A stretch of DNA of 64,000 bases from an uncultured Acidimicrobiaceae bacterium (GTDB lineage: Bacteria; Actinomycetota; Acidimicrobiia; Acidimicrobiales; CAIXPF01): positions 333,402 to 397,401 of the forward strand of contig CAVZHK010000001.1 of the NCBI GenBank assembly GCA_963775055.1. The letters are read 5' to 3'. A program made the position numbers and the translations under genes. Positions 55,106 to 63,538 of this stretch are shown here, in pieces. The notes beneath the pieces are model-generated. The model searched no databases and was not told the DNA's origin. It worked only from the letters and a program-made list of their open reading frames with translations. Numbering within the stretch: the stretch's first letter is position 1; the number at the start of each line of letters is the position of its first letter.

Positions 55106-56971
55106 ATGACCGCCTCGTCATCCCAGCATTGGCGGGAGCAGCTGTTACCCGGCCCTGCCGCCAGCACCGGGTATCGCACCGTTTTGATGGTGGGCACCAC
55201 CGGCGCCGGCAAGACCACCCTGATCCGTCAGCTGATCGGCACCGACCCCGTTCAGGAGCCGTTCCCGGCCACCTCTACGTTCAAGACCACCACCGCGGAG
55301 ACCGAGGTGCTCTGCGCCCCCGGCGACTACTACGCCGTAGCGGTGTTCGTCGAACGCCAAAAGGTCCGCCACGCCATTGAAGACTGTGTGGCGGCCTGCG
55401 CCCAGGCCCTGGCCGATGGTCGACCCCGTCAGGTGGCCCGTGACGCGCTGGCGGCGCACACCGATGAGCGGCTGCGTTTGGAGTATGTGCTGGGCGCCGA
55501 GTGGCTCGATGCCGCCGTCAACACCGTCGAAAGCGCCCTGCAGACCGACCCCCCCGCCGAGGGTGAGGACCTCGCCCCCCGGGTCAACGTGGACCCGATC
55601 CTGTCGGGCCTGGTCGATCACCTGTTGGCCGACGTCAACGCCCGCTTCGCCACCTTGCGCTACGGCCAGCTGCTCACCGAGGAGGACGCGACCTGGCCGC
55701 GCTGCTGGCGTTTCACCACCGACGAACGGGCCACGTTGTGGGCTGGTACCCGCCGATTGACCAGCAACGAACGGGGCAGCCACGGCACGCTCCTGTCACC
55801 GTTGGTGGAGGCCATTCGGGTGCGGGGGCCGCTGCATCCGACGTGGGCCAACGAGATCCCCTACTTGATGGTGGTGGACACCGAGGGTTTGGGTCACGTT
55901 CCCGTCACCGCCTCGTCGCTACCAGTGGGCGTGATCGAGCAGCTGGATCGAGCCGATCGCATTGTGGTCGTGGATGACGCCACCCACCCCATGCAGGCCG
56001 GTCCGCTGGCGGCGCTGCGTCAGTTGGTCATGGCCGGCCAGTTGGACAAGCTGGCGTTGTGCTTCACCCACGCCGACGACCTGAAGGGGCCCAACATCGC
56101 ATCCATCGCTGATCGCCTGGCGGTGCTGCGTCGTTCGGTGAACCAGGCGGTGGCCTCGTTGCGCGATGAGCTCGGCGAGACGGCGTGGCACGGGCTGAGC
56201 CGCCAGCTGGATGGCCACCTGTTCGTGTTCGGGCATCTGCAACGGCGTCTGGACTCCCGGGTCGAGGTCGACGCCGCCGTGGTGGAGGAGCTGCGGGGTT
56301 TGCTCCATTGGTTGCGGGCCGAGGCGGTGCCCATCGATACCTCGTCGTATCGGCCGGCGTATCGGCTGAACGATCTGCGGTCGCGCCTGCTGGTGGTGAC
56401 CGACGAGTTCGCCGCCACGTGGCCCGATCTCCTCAAGCGCACCCAGTGGCGCCAGGTGCAGGCGTTGTGCCGGCGGGTGGCTGGCGGGGACGACGGATAC
56501 GGTGAACTGCAGCCGGTGGCCCAGCTGACCGCCCGGTTGCTCGACGCGGTACGTGATTTCGCCGAGCATCCGCTGCGTTGGGCCGGGGTGACTCCCGCCG
56601 ATGAGGAGCAGTTGGCGGTGTTCGACCAGTTCACCCGGAGCGTGGCATCAGACGTGCTGGTTTCGGCAAGGGCGGCGCTGGCGGACCGACATCGGGACCA
56701 TTGGGCCGCGGTGGGCGAACTGAGCGGTCCCTCGGCGGCCAGCAGCCGAGTTGACCTCCTTGACGAGACGGTGTTCGCGACGTTGTCAAACACCAACTCC
56801 AAGGAGGTGACGCTGCTCGGTGACGTGATCGACATCGTGCGCCGCTCGGCCGAGGAGCACGGCTTCGACATCGGTGACGTGGTGGTCCCCGCCGGCAGCA
56901 TGTTCGACCGTGGACTGCCGGCCCTCGGAACCCAGCGCCGCCCCGGCCTGCCCGAACTGCGCGGCGCCTAA
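55106..56971 (+). CDS. large orphan P-loop GTPase-like protein
   Basis: The G1/Walker A motif is MVGTTGAGKTTLIRQLIG. A helical insert of about 200 aa follows. G3-like is MVVDTEGLG and G4-like is CFTHADDL. The roughly 300-aa helical C-terminal region has no recognisable family. Confidence 0.75.
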   Translation: MTASSSQHWREQLLPGPAASTGYRTVLMVGTTGAGKTTLIRQLIGTDPVQEPFPATSTFKTTTAETEVLCAPGDYYAVAVFVERQKVRHAIEDCVAACAQALADGRPRQVARDALAAHTDERLRLEYVLGAEWLDAAVNTVESALQTDPPAEGEDLAPRVNVDPILSGLVDHLLADVNARFATLRYGQLLTEEDATWPRCWRFTTDERATLWAGTRRLTSNERGSHGTLLSPLVEAIRVRGPLHPTWANEIPYLMVVDTEGLGHVPVTASSLPVGVIEQLDRADRIVVVDDATHPMQAGPLAALRQLVMAGQLDKLALCFTHADDLKGPNIASIADRLAVLRRSVNQAVASLRDELGETAWHGLSRQLDGHLFVFGHLQRRLDSRVEVDAAVVEELRGLLHWLRAEAVPIDTSSYRPAYRLNDLRSRLLVVTDEFAATWPDLLKRTQWRQVQALCRRVAGGDDGYGELQPVAQLTARLLDAVRDFAEHPLRWAGVTPADEEQLAVFDQFTRSVASDVLVSARAALADRHRDHWAAVGELSGPSAASSRVDLLDETVFATLSNTNSKEVTLLGDVIDIVRRSAEEHGFDIGDVVVPAGSMFDRGLPALGTQRRPGLPELRGA

Positions 56972-57019
56972 CCCCAACCCGGTCTCCGCCCGGCCCGCGT
57001 TAGTCTGTCCGGGTTCATT

Positions 57020-57090
57020 GCGGGTGTAGCTCAATGGCAGAGTCCCAGCCTTCCAAGCTGGTCATGCGGGTTCGATTCCCGTCACCCGCT
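57020..57090 (+). tRNA. tRNA-Gly (anticodon UCC)
   Basis: A manual cloverleaf folds cleanly: acceptor GCGGGTG/CACCCGC, anticodon arm CCAGC-CTTCCAA-GCTGG, T arm GCGGG-TTCGATT-CCCGT, discriminator T. Confidence 0.93.
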
Positions 57091-57092
57091 CC
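57049..57092. repeat. attL core (44 bp, within tRNA-Gly)
   Basis: Identical to 62915-62958. Confidence 0.9.
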
Positions 57093-58270
57093 GTTAAATG
57101 TCCAGGTCAGGGCCCTGATGGGCGTCCGGCCCGGTAACAGGATTGGCTGTACCCCGCGAGAAACCCGCGACCGTTCCGCTTCGACCTCGGCGCCCACCCG
57201 CTCGGCGATGGCCTTCAATCGGCCTTCGGCAGCGTGCTGGTAACGCAGGGCGGCCCGAACGCTGGAATGGCCCAACAGCCGCTTCAGCTCGGCCAGGGTG
57301 GCCCCGTGCTGTGCGGCCAGGGTGCCGGCAGTGTGGCGGAGATCATGGGAAATGGACGTCCGGCGCTCCGACCATGTCCCGGGCCCTGGTCCAATGCTTC
57401 TGGTGCCACACCGGGGACATGAGGCCACCTTGCTCGCCCGGGAACAGCGGCGCGTCGCCTTCCGGGCCGCCGAAGTGGGTGAGGTGGTCATCGAGAGCGT
57501 CAAGGAGGAACCGCGGCAGGTGATCGGTCCGATGCCCCGCCGCGGTCTTCGGGCCCTTGACCCGGCCGAGCTTGTCGATTGTGCGGGTCACCGAGATGGT
57601 GCCGTGGCACCGGTCGAAGTCCCGCTGCCGCAGCGCGCGAAGCTCCGAGATTCGGTAGCCGGCGCCGAACGCGGCGAGCAGGATCATGGTGCGCAATCGA
57701 GGGTGGGCCGCCTCGGCCAGGGCAAGCACCACCGTCGGTTCGACGTAGGGCCGCTCGGGGGTGTCCTCCTGGCCAGCGCCCTTGATCCGGCACGGGTTGC
57801 GGCCCAGGAGGGTGTCATCGACAGCGGTGGCGAGGATCGACCGCAGCGATCGGTAGGCCTTGGCGGTGGCCACCGGCGCTTTCGGCCGGGACTCGACCAC
57901 CCAGCGCTCCACCTGTTCGGCGCTGATTCGCTGCAGCGGGCTGCTCCCGAACGCCGGCAGCAAATGGGTGTGGAGCAGCTGCCGGTACAGCTCCAAGGTG
58001 CGCACGGCCAGGCTGCGACGCGTCAGCCAGGACTCGGCGTACTCGGCGAACAGCCGCCGCCCGCCGCGCAGATCTACCTCGATACCTGTGGACCGCTTGG
58101 CGTCGACGTTCGCGGCGAACGCCCCGGGCATCCTCGAACGTCCGAAGGCGCCTCGTCTGCTCGCGCTGGTTCGGTGCGGGGCGCCAACGGACCTCGTATC
58201 CGACCACCCTGGCGTCGCGGGGTATACGAGGCGAGAGATCGATGCCATGGCCGCGGATCGTACGACCGCG

Positions 58271-58486
58271 CTATGACAGCGATGATTTGGCGTTCGCAGC
58301 GCGTCGTGCCGCGACGAAGGAGTACAGCGCCTCGACCGGCACACGGGTGGCGCGGCCGACGTGCACCACCTCCAAGTCGCCGCTGCCGATGAGCTCGTAG
58401 ATGGTGCTCCGACCGAGCGCCAACACCTCCGCGGCCCGCCGCACAGTCACGAGCAACTGCCCGGCTTCTTCGTCCTCGATGGTCAT
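58271..58486 (-). CDS. excisionase-type helix-turn-helix DNA-binding protein
   Basis: LLVTVRRAAEVLALGRSTIYELIGSGDLEVVHVGRATRVPVEAL is an excisionase/MerR-like HTH. It lies directly upstream of the integrase. Confidence 0.8.
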   Translation of the reverse strand: MTIEDEEAGQLLVTVRRAAEVLALGRSTIYELIGSGDLEVVHVGRATRVPVEALYSFVAARRAANAKSSLS

Positions 58487-59061
58487 GCCCCTGCTAAGCG
58501 CGTCGACAACACAAGATTCGACGGCTGTCGGTTCTCTCTGCCACAAGGCCGGCCGAGCCGCGAAGCCGTCGGCATCACGCCCAACAGGGCTGGGGCCGGC
58601 GTGGTGAACGCATGGAGTATGTCAGCCCACCGGCGCTCAGCCTGCGTTGTGTCCGCGGTCCATCACGACCAAGAGCAGGTGCGTCGACGGGCGTCGAGCC
58701 GCCACGGACACGCGGTGAAACGCTCCACACCAATGGCGCAGCACCCGCGGAACCGATCCGTCGCGCGGGCGGAGACTGACAGACAAGCGTCCAAACCCGA
58801 CTCGACCGCGGTTTACCGACACGCCCTCGGCGACTTCGCCATCGCCCGACCAGCATCACCGCAGCGACCCTGTCAATCCAACTTCAGAGCCGCGACGCCT
58901 GGTGCTGGCGCGGCCCGCTTCGGTGGGCGGCCCGGCCTGTCAATGATCAGCACTGTTCCCTTGCGGCAAGCGCCGGCTGCGATGGCCCACGGTGTCGCCG
59001 ACGGCAGGTCCGATGGCCCGCCCGGAGGAACCTCATGCGCGCTGGACACCGGGCCCCCGTC

Positions 59062-59096
59062 GGGTCCGGGGCGGGATCGAACTCGGAGGTCTTGAG
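59062..59096. repeat. 35-nt copy 1 of an internal direct repeat with tRNA T-arm-like sequence
   Basis: GGGTCCGGGGCGGGATCGAACTCGGAGGTCTTGAG. Copy 2 lies at 61958-61990 and differs by two single-base indels. Confidence 0.85.
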
Positions 59097-59320
59097 AGCT
59101 ACGGTCCTTGCCGTGTCTCGGCCCGAGCCCCTTCAGCTGCGGCGGAAGTTCTGCCAGTTCGCCGCTGTTGGTGGTCCGCGGCGGGGTCAACGCTTTGCGC
59201 GATGAGCTGATCCTGCGCGCCACGGCGTTGACCAGAGCCCGTTGAGGGATTCGACGGCATCAGCGTCTTCGAGGCACCTGACAGACAGGGCTCGAGGAAC
59301 TTGCTCGGCAGATCCCCGCG

Positions 59321-59767
59321 ATGGCAGAACGCCCAATGGTCCAGGTGGCTGCCGGCATGGAGATCAGACGGGCCGGGTTCCCGCTGCTCGACACCGCCGG
59401 AGAGCTGCACTGGACCATTGCACTCGCGGACACCAGCGCTGACACGCTCGCCCGTCTTCGTGCGGTGTTCAGCGACCCACTGGCCAACCCGGGCTATCAG
59501 CGCCGCCTGCGACGCGAGAATCCTCTCCTGATGGCGACCGGGAGCTACGACGTGTGGTACGACCCGAACGAGGTCGATGCCAACAACCATGCCTCGGTGC
59601 TGCGCGACTGGGCTCGAGCCGATCTCGAAATCACGATTGGCCGGGTAATCCTCGCCGGCGACGATGAACTCGAACCGGTACCAGCACGGATTCTTGCGTA
59701 CAACGACAGCACCGGCATTATCACCATCGAACTCCTTCTTGGAACGACCCGCATCGCCGTCGCCTGA
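59321..59767 (+). CDS. hypothetical protein (island cargo)
   Basis: 148-codon ORF with a protein-like sequence and moderately high GC3. The overlapping 256-aa minus-strand ORF looks like an antisense shadow. I recognise no family. Confidence 0.5.
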   Translation: MAERPMVQVAAGMEIRRAGFPLLDTAGELHWTIALADTSADTLARLRAVFSDPLANPGYQRRLRRENPLLMATGSYDVWYDPNEVDANNHASVLRDWARADLEITIGRVILAGDDELEPVPARILAYNDSTGIITIELLLGTTRIAVA

Positions 59768-59923
59768 TCGGATAGGCCGGATCCCTGGAGGGAGCCCGGA
59801 TTTTGGGAGATGGGATATTTTGCCGCCCACGCGGCCCGAGATCCGGCACCGAGCGCGTTGAGCGATCACCCCTCTTTCTTCAGGAGTTGACGGAATCTCG
59901 CCAGGCGAGTGATCGAAGTGTTG

Positions 59924-60125
59924 CTATCTGTCAACGGTGCGGATGGCAGCAGCGACTGCAAGGTGGCCGTTGCGCTCTGCGAGTGCTTCGGGAGTTAGCC
60001 CGTCGACAGTTTGCTCAGGCGAAATGAAGTGCTGTCCAGCCACGTTCGTCAGTCACCGACAGGTCTGCGCCCAGTGCCACCAGCTGATCGATCGGACAGT
60101 GACACGGGGCAGGATAGTGGGCTAC
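59924..60125 (-). pseudogene. ankyrin-repeat-like fragment with frame break
   Basis: Manual translation gives IDQLVALGADLSVTDERGWTALHFA-stop. One frame over it continues QTVDGLTPEALAERNGHLAVAAAIRTV, following the G-x-TALH / G-x-TP ankyrin pattern. It is too short to appear in the ORF track. Confidence 0.3.
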
Positions 60126-60185
60126 TCGGCGGAGCCGGAACCGGCGAGCCGACGATCGGGAACGACCGGCTATGCCGGGGTGGCG

Positions 60186-60999
60186 TCACGCGAGCCACGT
60201 GAGGATGTCTTGGGCGAGTGTTTCCCAGCCTGGTTCTTGGAGGAGCCAGTGTCCGTGGCCTGGGTAGATGTGGGGCGCGACGCGGTAGTGGCGGGCGGTG
60301 TTGGTCAGGAGGCGTTTGGAGATGATGCGGTCTTGGTCGCCGCCGGCGAACGAAGACGGGGACGGTCACCTTCGTGGCGTCGATCCGGATGGTGCCCAGC
60401 AGGAGTGAGCGGTAGACCCGTCCGGATTCTGGTGTGAGATGGGCGTGTATGGCGGGGCGCTCGTGTTCGGGTACGGCGTTGAGGGCGAGGACAGAGCAGG
60501 CGTTGTTGCCGACGACGAACGGTCGGCCGGTCATGATGGCACCCATCTTGGGCGCGAATCGCGGCAGGGCGATCGCTTGGGCGGTGAGTGTGCGCGGGGG
60601 AGCTGAAGCGATCAGGGCGATGGCCCGTGCTCGGCCCTGCTCAGCCAAGCGTTGCGCGAGCAATCCGCCGAGGCTGTGGCCGATGACGATGGGGATGTCG
60701 CCGAGTTCCTCGATGATCCGGTTGGTGTCCGCGAGGTAGTCGTCGAAGGTCAGGCCGGCGGCGTTGGTGGGGCCGACGCCGTGGCGACCTCGACGAGCGG
60801 GCGCGCACGCCTCGTAGCCGGCCGCAGCGAACCGCTCGACCCATCCGGCGAAACAGTGCTCATCGGCGAAGGCCCCGTGGAGGAACAACACCGGGGCCGC
60901 GCCTCGGCGCGCACGGCTCGGGCGTCGATAGAGCGCCGGGAACCCGGCAACGACGGTGGCGGCGTCGGGAGCGCGATGCTCGATCGGTGTGGTGTCCAT
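60186..60999 (-). pseudogene. alpha/beta hydrolase, frame broken by a 4-bp tandem duplication at 60347-60354
   Basis: The nucleophile elbow is VIGHSLGG. After VTVPVF the frame is lost. The continuation AGGDQDRIISKRLLTNTARHYRVAPHIYPGHGHWLLQEPGWETLAQDILTWLA-stop is in the other frame. The junction reads TTCG TTCG on the minus strand. Confidence 0.8.
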
Positions 61000-61227
61000 G
61001 AAGGCCTCCTTCGTCGATCGCACGGGTCGGGCAAAGCGATGCAGGCAGACGCCTCCCGACAGGTCGTCATGCTGCACTCTGCAGCGCACAGATTCGCTGG
61101 ATCCTCACAATGCCTGGTCTGAAGTCCGAACGGGGCGTTTCGGCTGGGATGATGCGACGCCAGCGCCGTGGCCGCTGGTCTAGTTCCGCGGTGTCGTCGT
61201 GCCAGACGCCCGCAGAAGATCAGCGCA

Positions 61228-61632
61228 TCAGCTGGGGTCAGCCATCTCGAAGGGGCCGCACAACACCACGACGTAGCCGTCGGCGTCGGCGAACGTCGCC
61301 TCGTGATGATGCGCAACGGGGTTCCAGTGCGGCTGCTCGACGATCGTGGCGCCCGTGCCTCGAGCTCGCTCGACGAGGACGTCGAAGGCGTGTTTGTCAG
61401 CCGTCTCGAACCAGAGGGACACGCCTGCGCCAACCGTCATGTCGGCGGCGACTGAGAACGCCCGACCGTGCTCATCAGCGTCAAGTCGATGCAGCTGGAG
61501 CACGAAGTCGTCGCCGTCGAACAACATCTCGAACTCGTCGCCGCCATGGCCCGATCGCAGACCGAGGCTTGATTGGTACCAGGCGCTCGCGGCGGCAACG
61601 TCACGCACTTGCAGCATTGGCCGGAGCTTCAT
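61228..61632 (-). CDS. glyoxalase/VOC family protein (island cargo)
   Basis: MKLRPMLQVRDVAAASAWYQSSLGL...GVSLWFETAD...ATFADADGYVVVL. The start is placed at ATG 61632. Confidence 0.75.
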   Translation of the reverse strand: MKLRPMLQVRDVAAASAWYQSSLGLRSGHGGDEFEMLFDGDDFVLQLHRLDADEHGRAFSVAADMTVGAGVSLWFETADKHAFDVLVERARGTGATIVEQPHWNPVAHHHEATFADADGYVVVLCGPFEMADPS

Positions 61633-61957
61633 GGAGAACAGCGTAGAAGGCAGACCGGCGGCAAGTGGCGCGTCCGCTGCACCACCGGTCAGTGCCCGGT
61701 AACGAGTTACCCCAACCCACACAGAACAGTCAGACGGCGGTGCGCCACCGCTCGGCGTACGCCACTCGGTAACGGCCATTACGAGTGCTTTCCACGTCTG
61801 AGACTGGAACTCTGTGGCCACCTAGGGCGACCGGCCACCAATGTTCGGCTTGGTGGCCGCCAGTAGGCAGATTCCGATGGCCGCCGACACCTCGATCGTG
61901 AGAGCGGGGCAATGCTGCGTTGGCACGTCCTGGGGACGTTTGACACAGAGCCCCTTG

Positions 61958-61990
61958 TGGGTCCGGGGCGGATCGAACTCGGAGGCTTGA
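61958..61990. repeat. copy 2 of the internal direct repeat
   Basis: GGGTCCGGGGCGGATCGAACTCGGAGGCTTGAG. Confidence 0.85.
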
Positions 61991-62213
61991 GGGCCACCCG
62001 GCGATGTAGCTCCACCCCTTCGAACATTTGCAGTCCCGTTCGATGCCCGATACTCCACATGCCACACCACGCGGTCCGCTCGACGGCGTCGAACGCCTCC
62101 GGCATCCGGAGATCGGACGCGCCAACTTCGAGGAAGAGAACATCGTCGATGTCCGGGCGAAGCGAACGGGTGAGATCGTGGGGCTTCAGTGGGTTGGCGC
62201 GTAGGTTGGGCGT

Positions 62214-62474
62214 GTGCCACGGATCAGCGAGTTCTACGGGATCGCTATCTACATGTACTTCAGCGATCACAACCCGCCGCACTTCCACGCGATCTATGCC
62301 AAGCACGAGGCGTTGATCGGAGTCGACAACGGCTCCACCATCGGCGGCGAGTTACCCAAGACAGCCGCACGACTCGTCGAGCAATGGCGCGCCGCAAACG
62401 AGGCCGAACTCGCGCGAAACTGGGACCTCGCGCAGGTACCTGCTCCCCTGCTGAGCATCGAGCCCCTCCAGTAG
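62214..62474 (+). CDS. DUF4160 domain protein
   Basis: MPRISEFYGIAIYMYFSDHNPPHFHAIYAKHEALI is the hallmark DUF4160 N-terminus. Confidence 0.85.
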   Translation: MPRISEFYGIAIYMYFSDHNPPHFHAIYAKHEALIGVDNGSTIGGELPKTAARLVEQWRAANEAELARNWDLAQVPAPLLSIEPLQ

Positions 62475-62477
62475 ACT

Positions 62478-62780
62478 GTGCACGTGGCTGTTCTCGCCCG
62501 AGTGACCGAAGTCGAACACGTCGGAGATCGCACCTTGCGCATCGTCTTTTCCGATGGGCTCGTTCGAGAACTCGATTTCACAGGCGTACTACCCGGCATT
62601 CTCGCGTCACTCGATGATGACATCACCTTTGCCAGCGCAACGGTAGATCGGACCGCAGGAACGGTGTGCTGGCCAAACGGCCTCGACCTCGACCCCGATG
62701 TCTTGCACGGTGATCGCCAGCCAGCGTCAACGCCCCAACCACGTGTGGTGCGCGAGTACCGGCTCCAGGCAACCGGCTGA
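62478..62780 (+). CDS. DUF2442 domain protein
   Basis: LRIVFSDGLVRELDF...VCWPNGLDLDPDVL is the DUF2442 pattern. It starts 3 nt after the DUF4160 stop. Confidence 0.8.
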   Translation: MHVAVLARVTEVEHVGDRTLRIVFSDGLVRELDFTGVLPGILASLDDDITFASATVDRTAGTVCWPNGLDLDPDVLHGDRQPASTPQPRVVREYRLQATG

Positions 62781-62914
62781 TCATCGGACGGCGCATCGCT
62801 GTACCCCGCGAAACCCCGCGACCGCCCCTGGCCACCGAGGTCCGCTGTGTCGATCGCAGGTCTGTGACCAGCCCATTTCGTCCGTTATCGTCCGCCGGAA
62901 TCCAGCCCGGGCAC

Positions 62915-62958
62915 CCTTCCAAGCTGGTCATGCGGGTTCGATTCCCGTCACCCGCTCC
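62915..62958. repeat. attR core (44 bp, duplicated tRNA-Gly 3' segment)
   Basis: Identical to 57049-57092. The upstream sequence does not continue the tRNA, so this is a partial tRNA copy. Confidence 0.9.
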
Positions 62959-63538
62959 ACGAAAAGACCTGGTCAATTGGGGCGGACTCCGGGTGACCAC
63001 CCTCCCGAGTTGTCGTCGTGCCCCGCGGTGGAGTCCCCAAGTCTGACTCGGGTCGGCCCTGTCGACGTGATCCGCTTCGGCCAGAGGGTCAGAGCCAGCC
63101 AGCATCTCCGTGCGCTGTTACGCCGCGCTCTCGCCCTACTGTTGCTGAGCTCGGCGTCTTAGCCGTCAACAACTTGCCGACCGTGTCACGTGGCACCCGG
63201 TCGAGGCCTTCAAGATCGCCGTGCGACTGCACGTCCGCGGCGAGTTGCCGCCAGAGCCTGGCAGTTGCGGGCCATGAGAACCCCACTGGGACCACCACCA
63301 GAGGCACACCGAGCAGCAACCGTGCTTGTGCTTCTCGACGATGGCGGTGTCGTCGACTGAGGAGTAGTGCAGGTCTTCACGCGCTCGGATGCCGGCAATT
63401 GCCGCCTGCGCGCCGTGGGTGAACCTGACACGCCTCCGCAGGGTGGGTCGGACGCACCGGAGCTGACCAGGACTGCAAGGCTCTGGCGCCCATCCCTCCT
63501 TACGTTGAGCGAACAGACCGAGGCGTATCGTGCCCGCC

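Larger units (their letters stand above)
57015..58248 (-). pseudogene. tyrosine recombinase/integrase, frame broken by one extra base at 57347-57349
   Basis: The N-terminal SAM-like and core-binding part is in one frame and ends ...GAPDVHFP-stop. The catalytic C-terminus (HDLRHTAGTLAAQHGATLAELKRLLGHSSVRAALRYQH) is in the next frame. Removing one C restores DVHFHDLRHT. The 3' end is uncertain because the open frame runs through the tRNA. Confidence 0.85.
57049..62958. mobile_element. integrative genomic island inserted in the 3' half of tRNA-Gly
   Basis: The perfect 44-bp direct repeat CCTTCCAAGCTGGTCATGCGGGTTCGATTCCCGTCACCCGCTCC occurs at 57049-57092 (inside the tRNA) and at 62915-62958. Tyrosine integrase and excisionase genes sit next to the tRNA. 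The cargo shows visibly different codon usage in places. Confidence 0.88.

Noticed and set aside
57015-57092. The integrase reading frame continuing through the whole tRNA-Gly gene on the opposite strand.
   Set aside because: The frame is open only because no stop occurs. Translating the tRNA complement (GAGDGNRTRMTSLEG, which is also produced at the attR copy) is not evidence of coding. The true integrase stop is probably upstream or hidden by another indel.
59062-59096. tRNA gene or tRNA fragment call for the T-arm-like repeat (also at 61958-61990).
   Set aside because: The five bases flanking the TTCGATC loop (CCGAG versus CCGCC or CGCCC) cannot form a T-stem, and no acceptor pairing is possible. 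I kept it as a repeat and att-scar hypothesis only.
58547-59320. Genes or iteron-like repeats in the 770-bp region between the excisionase and the 148-aa ORF (CTGACAGACA at 58776 and 59278, CCTGTCAAT at 58869 and 58936).
   Set aside because: All ORFs here have nonsense-like translations. Repeats of 9-10 nt are expected many times by chance in 64 kb, so I attach no significance to them. The region may be decayed or regulatory DNA.
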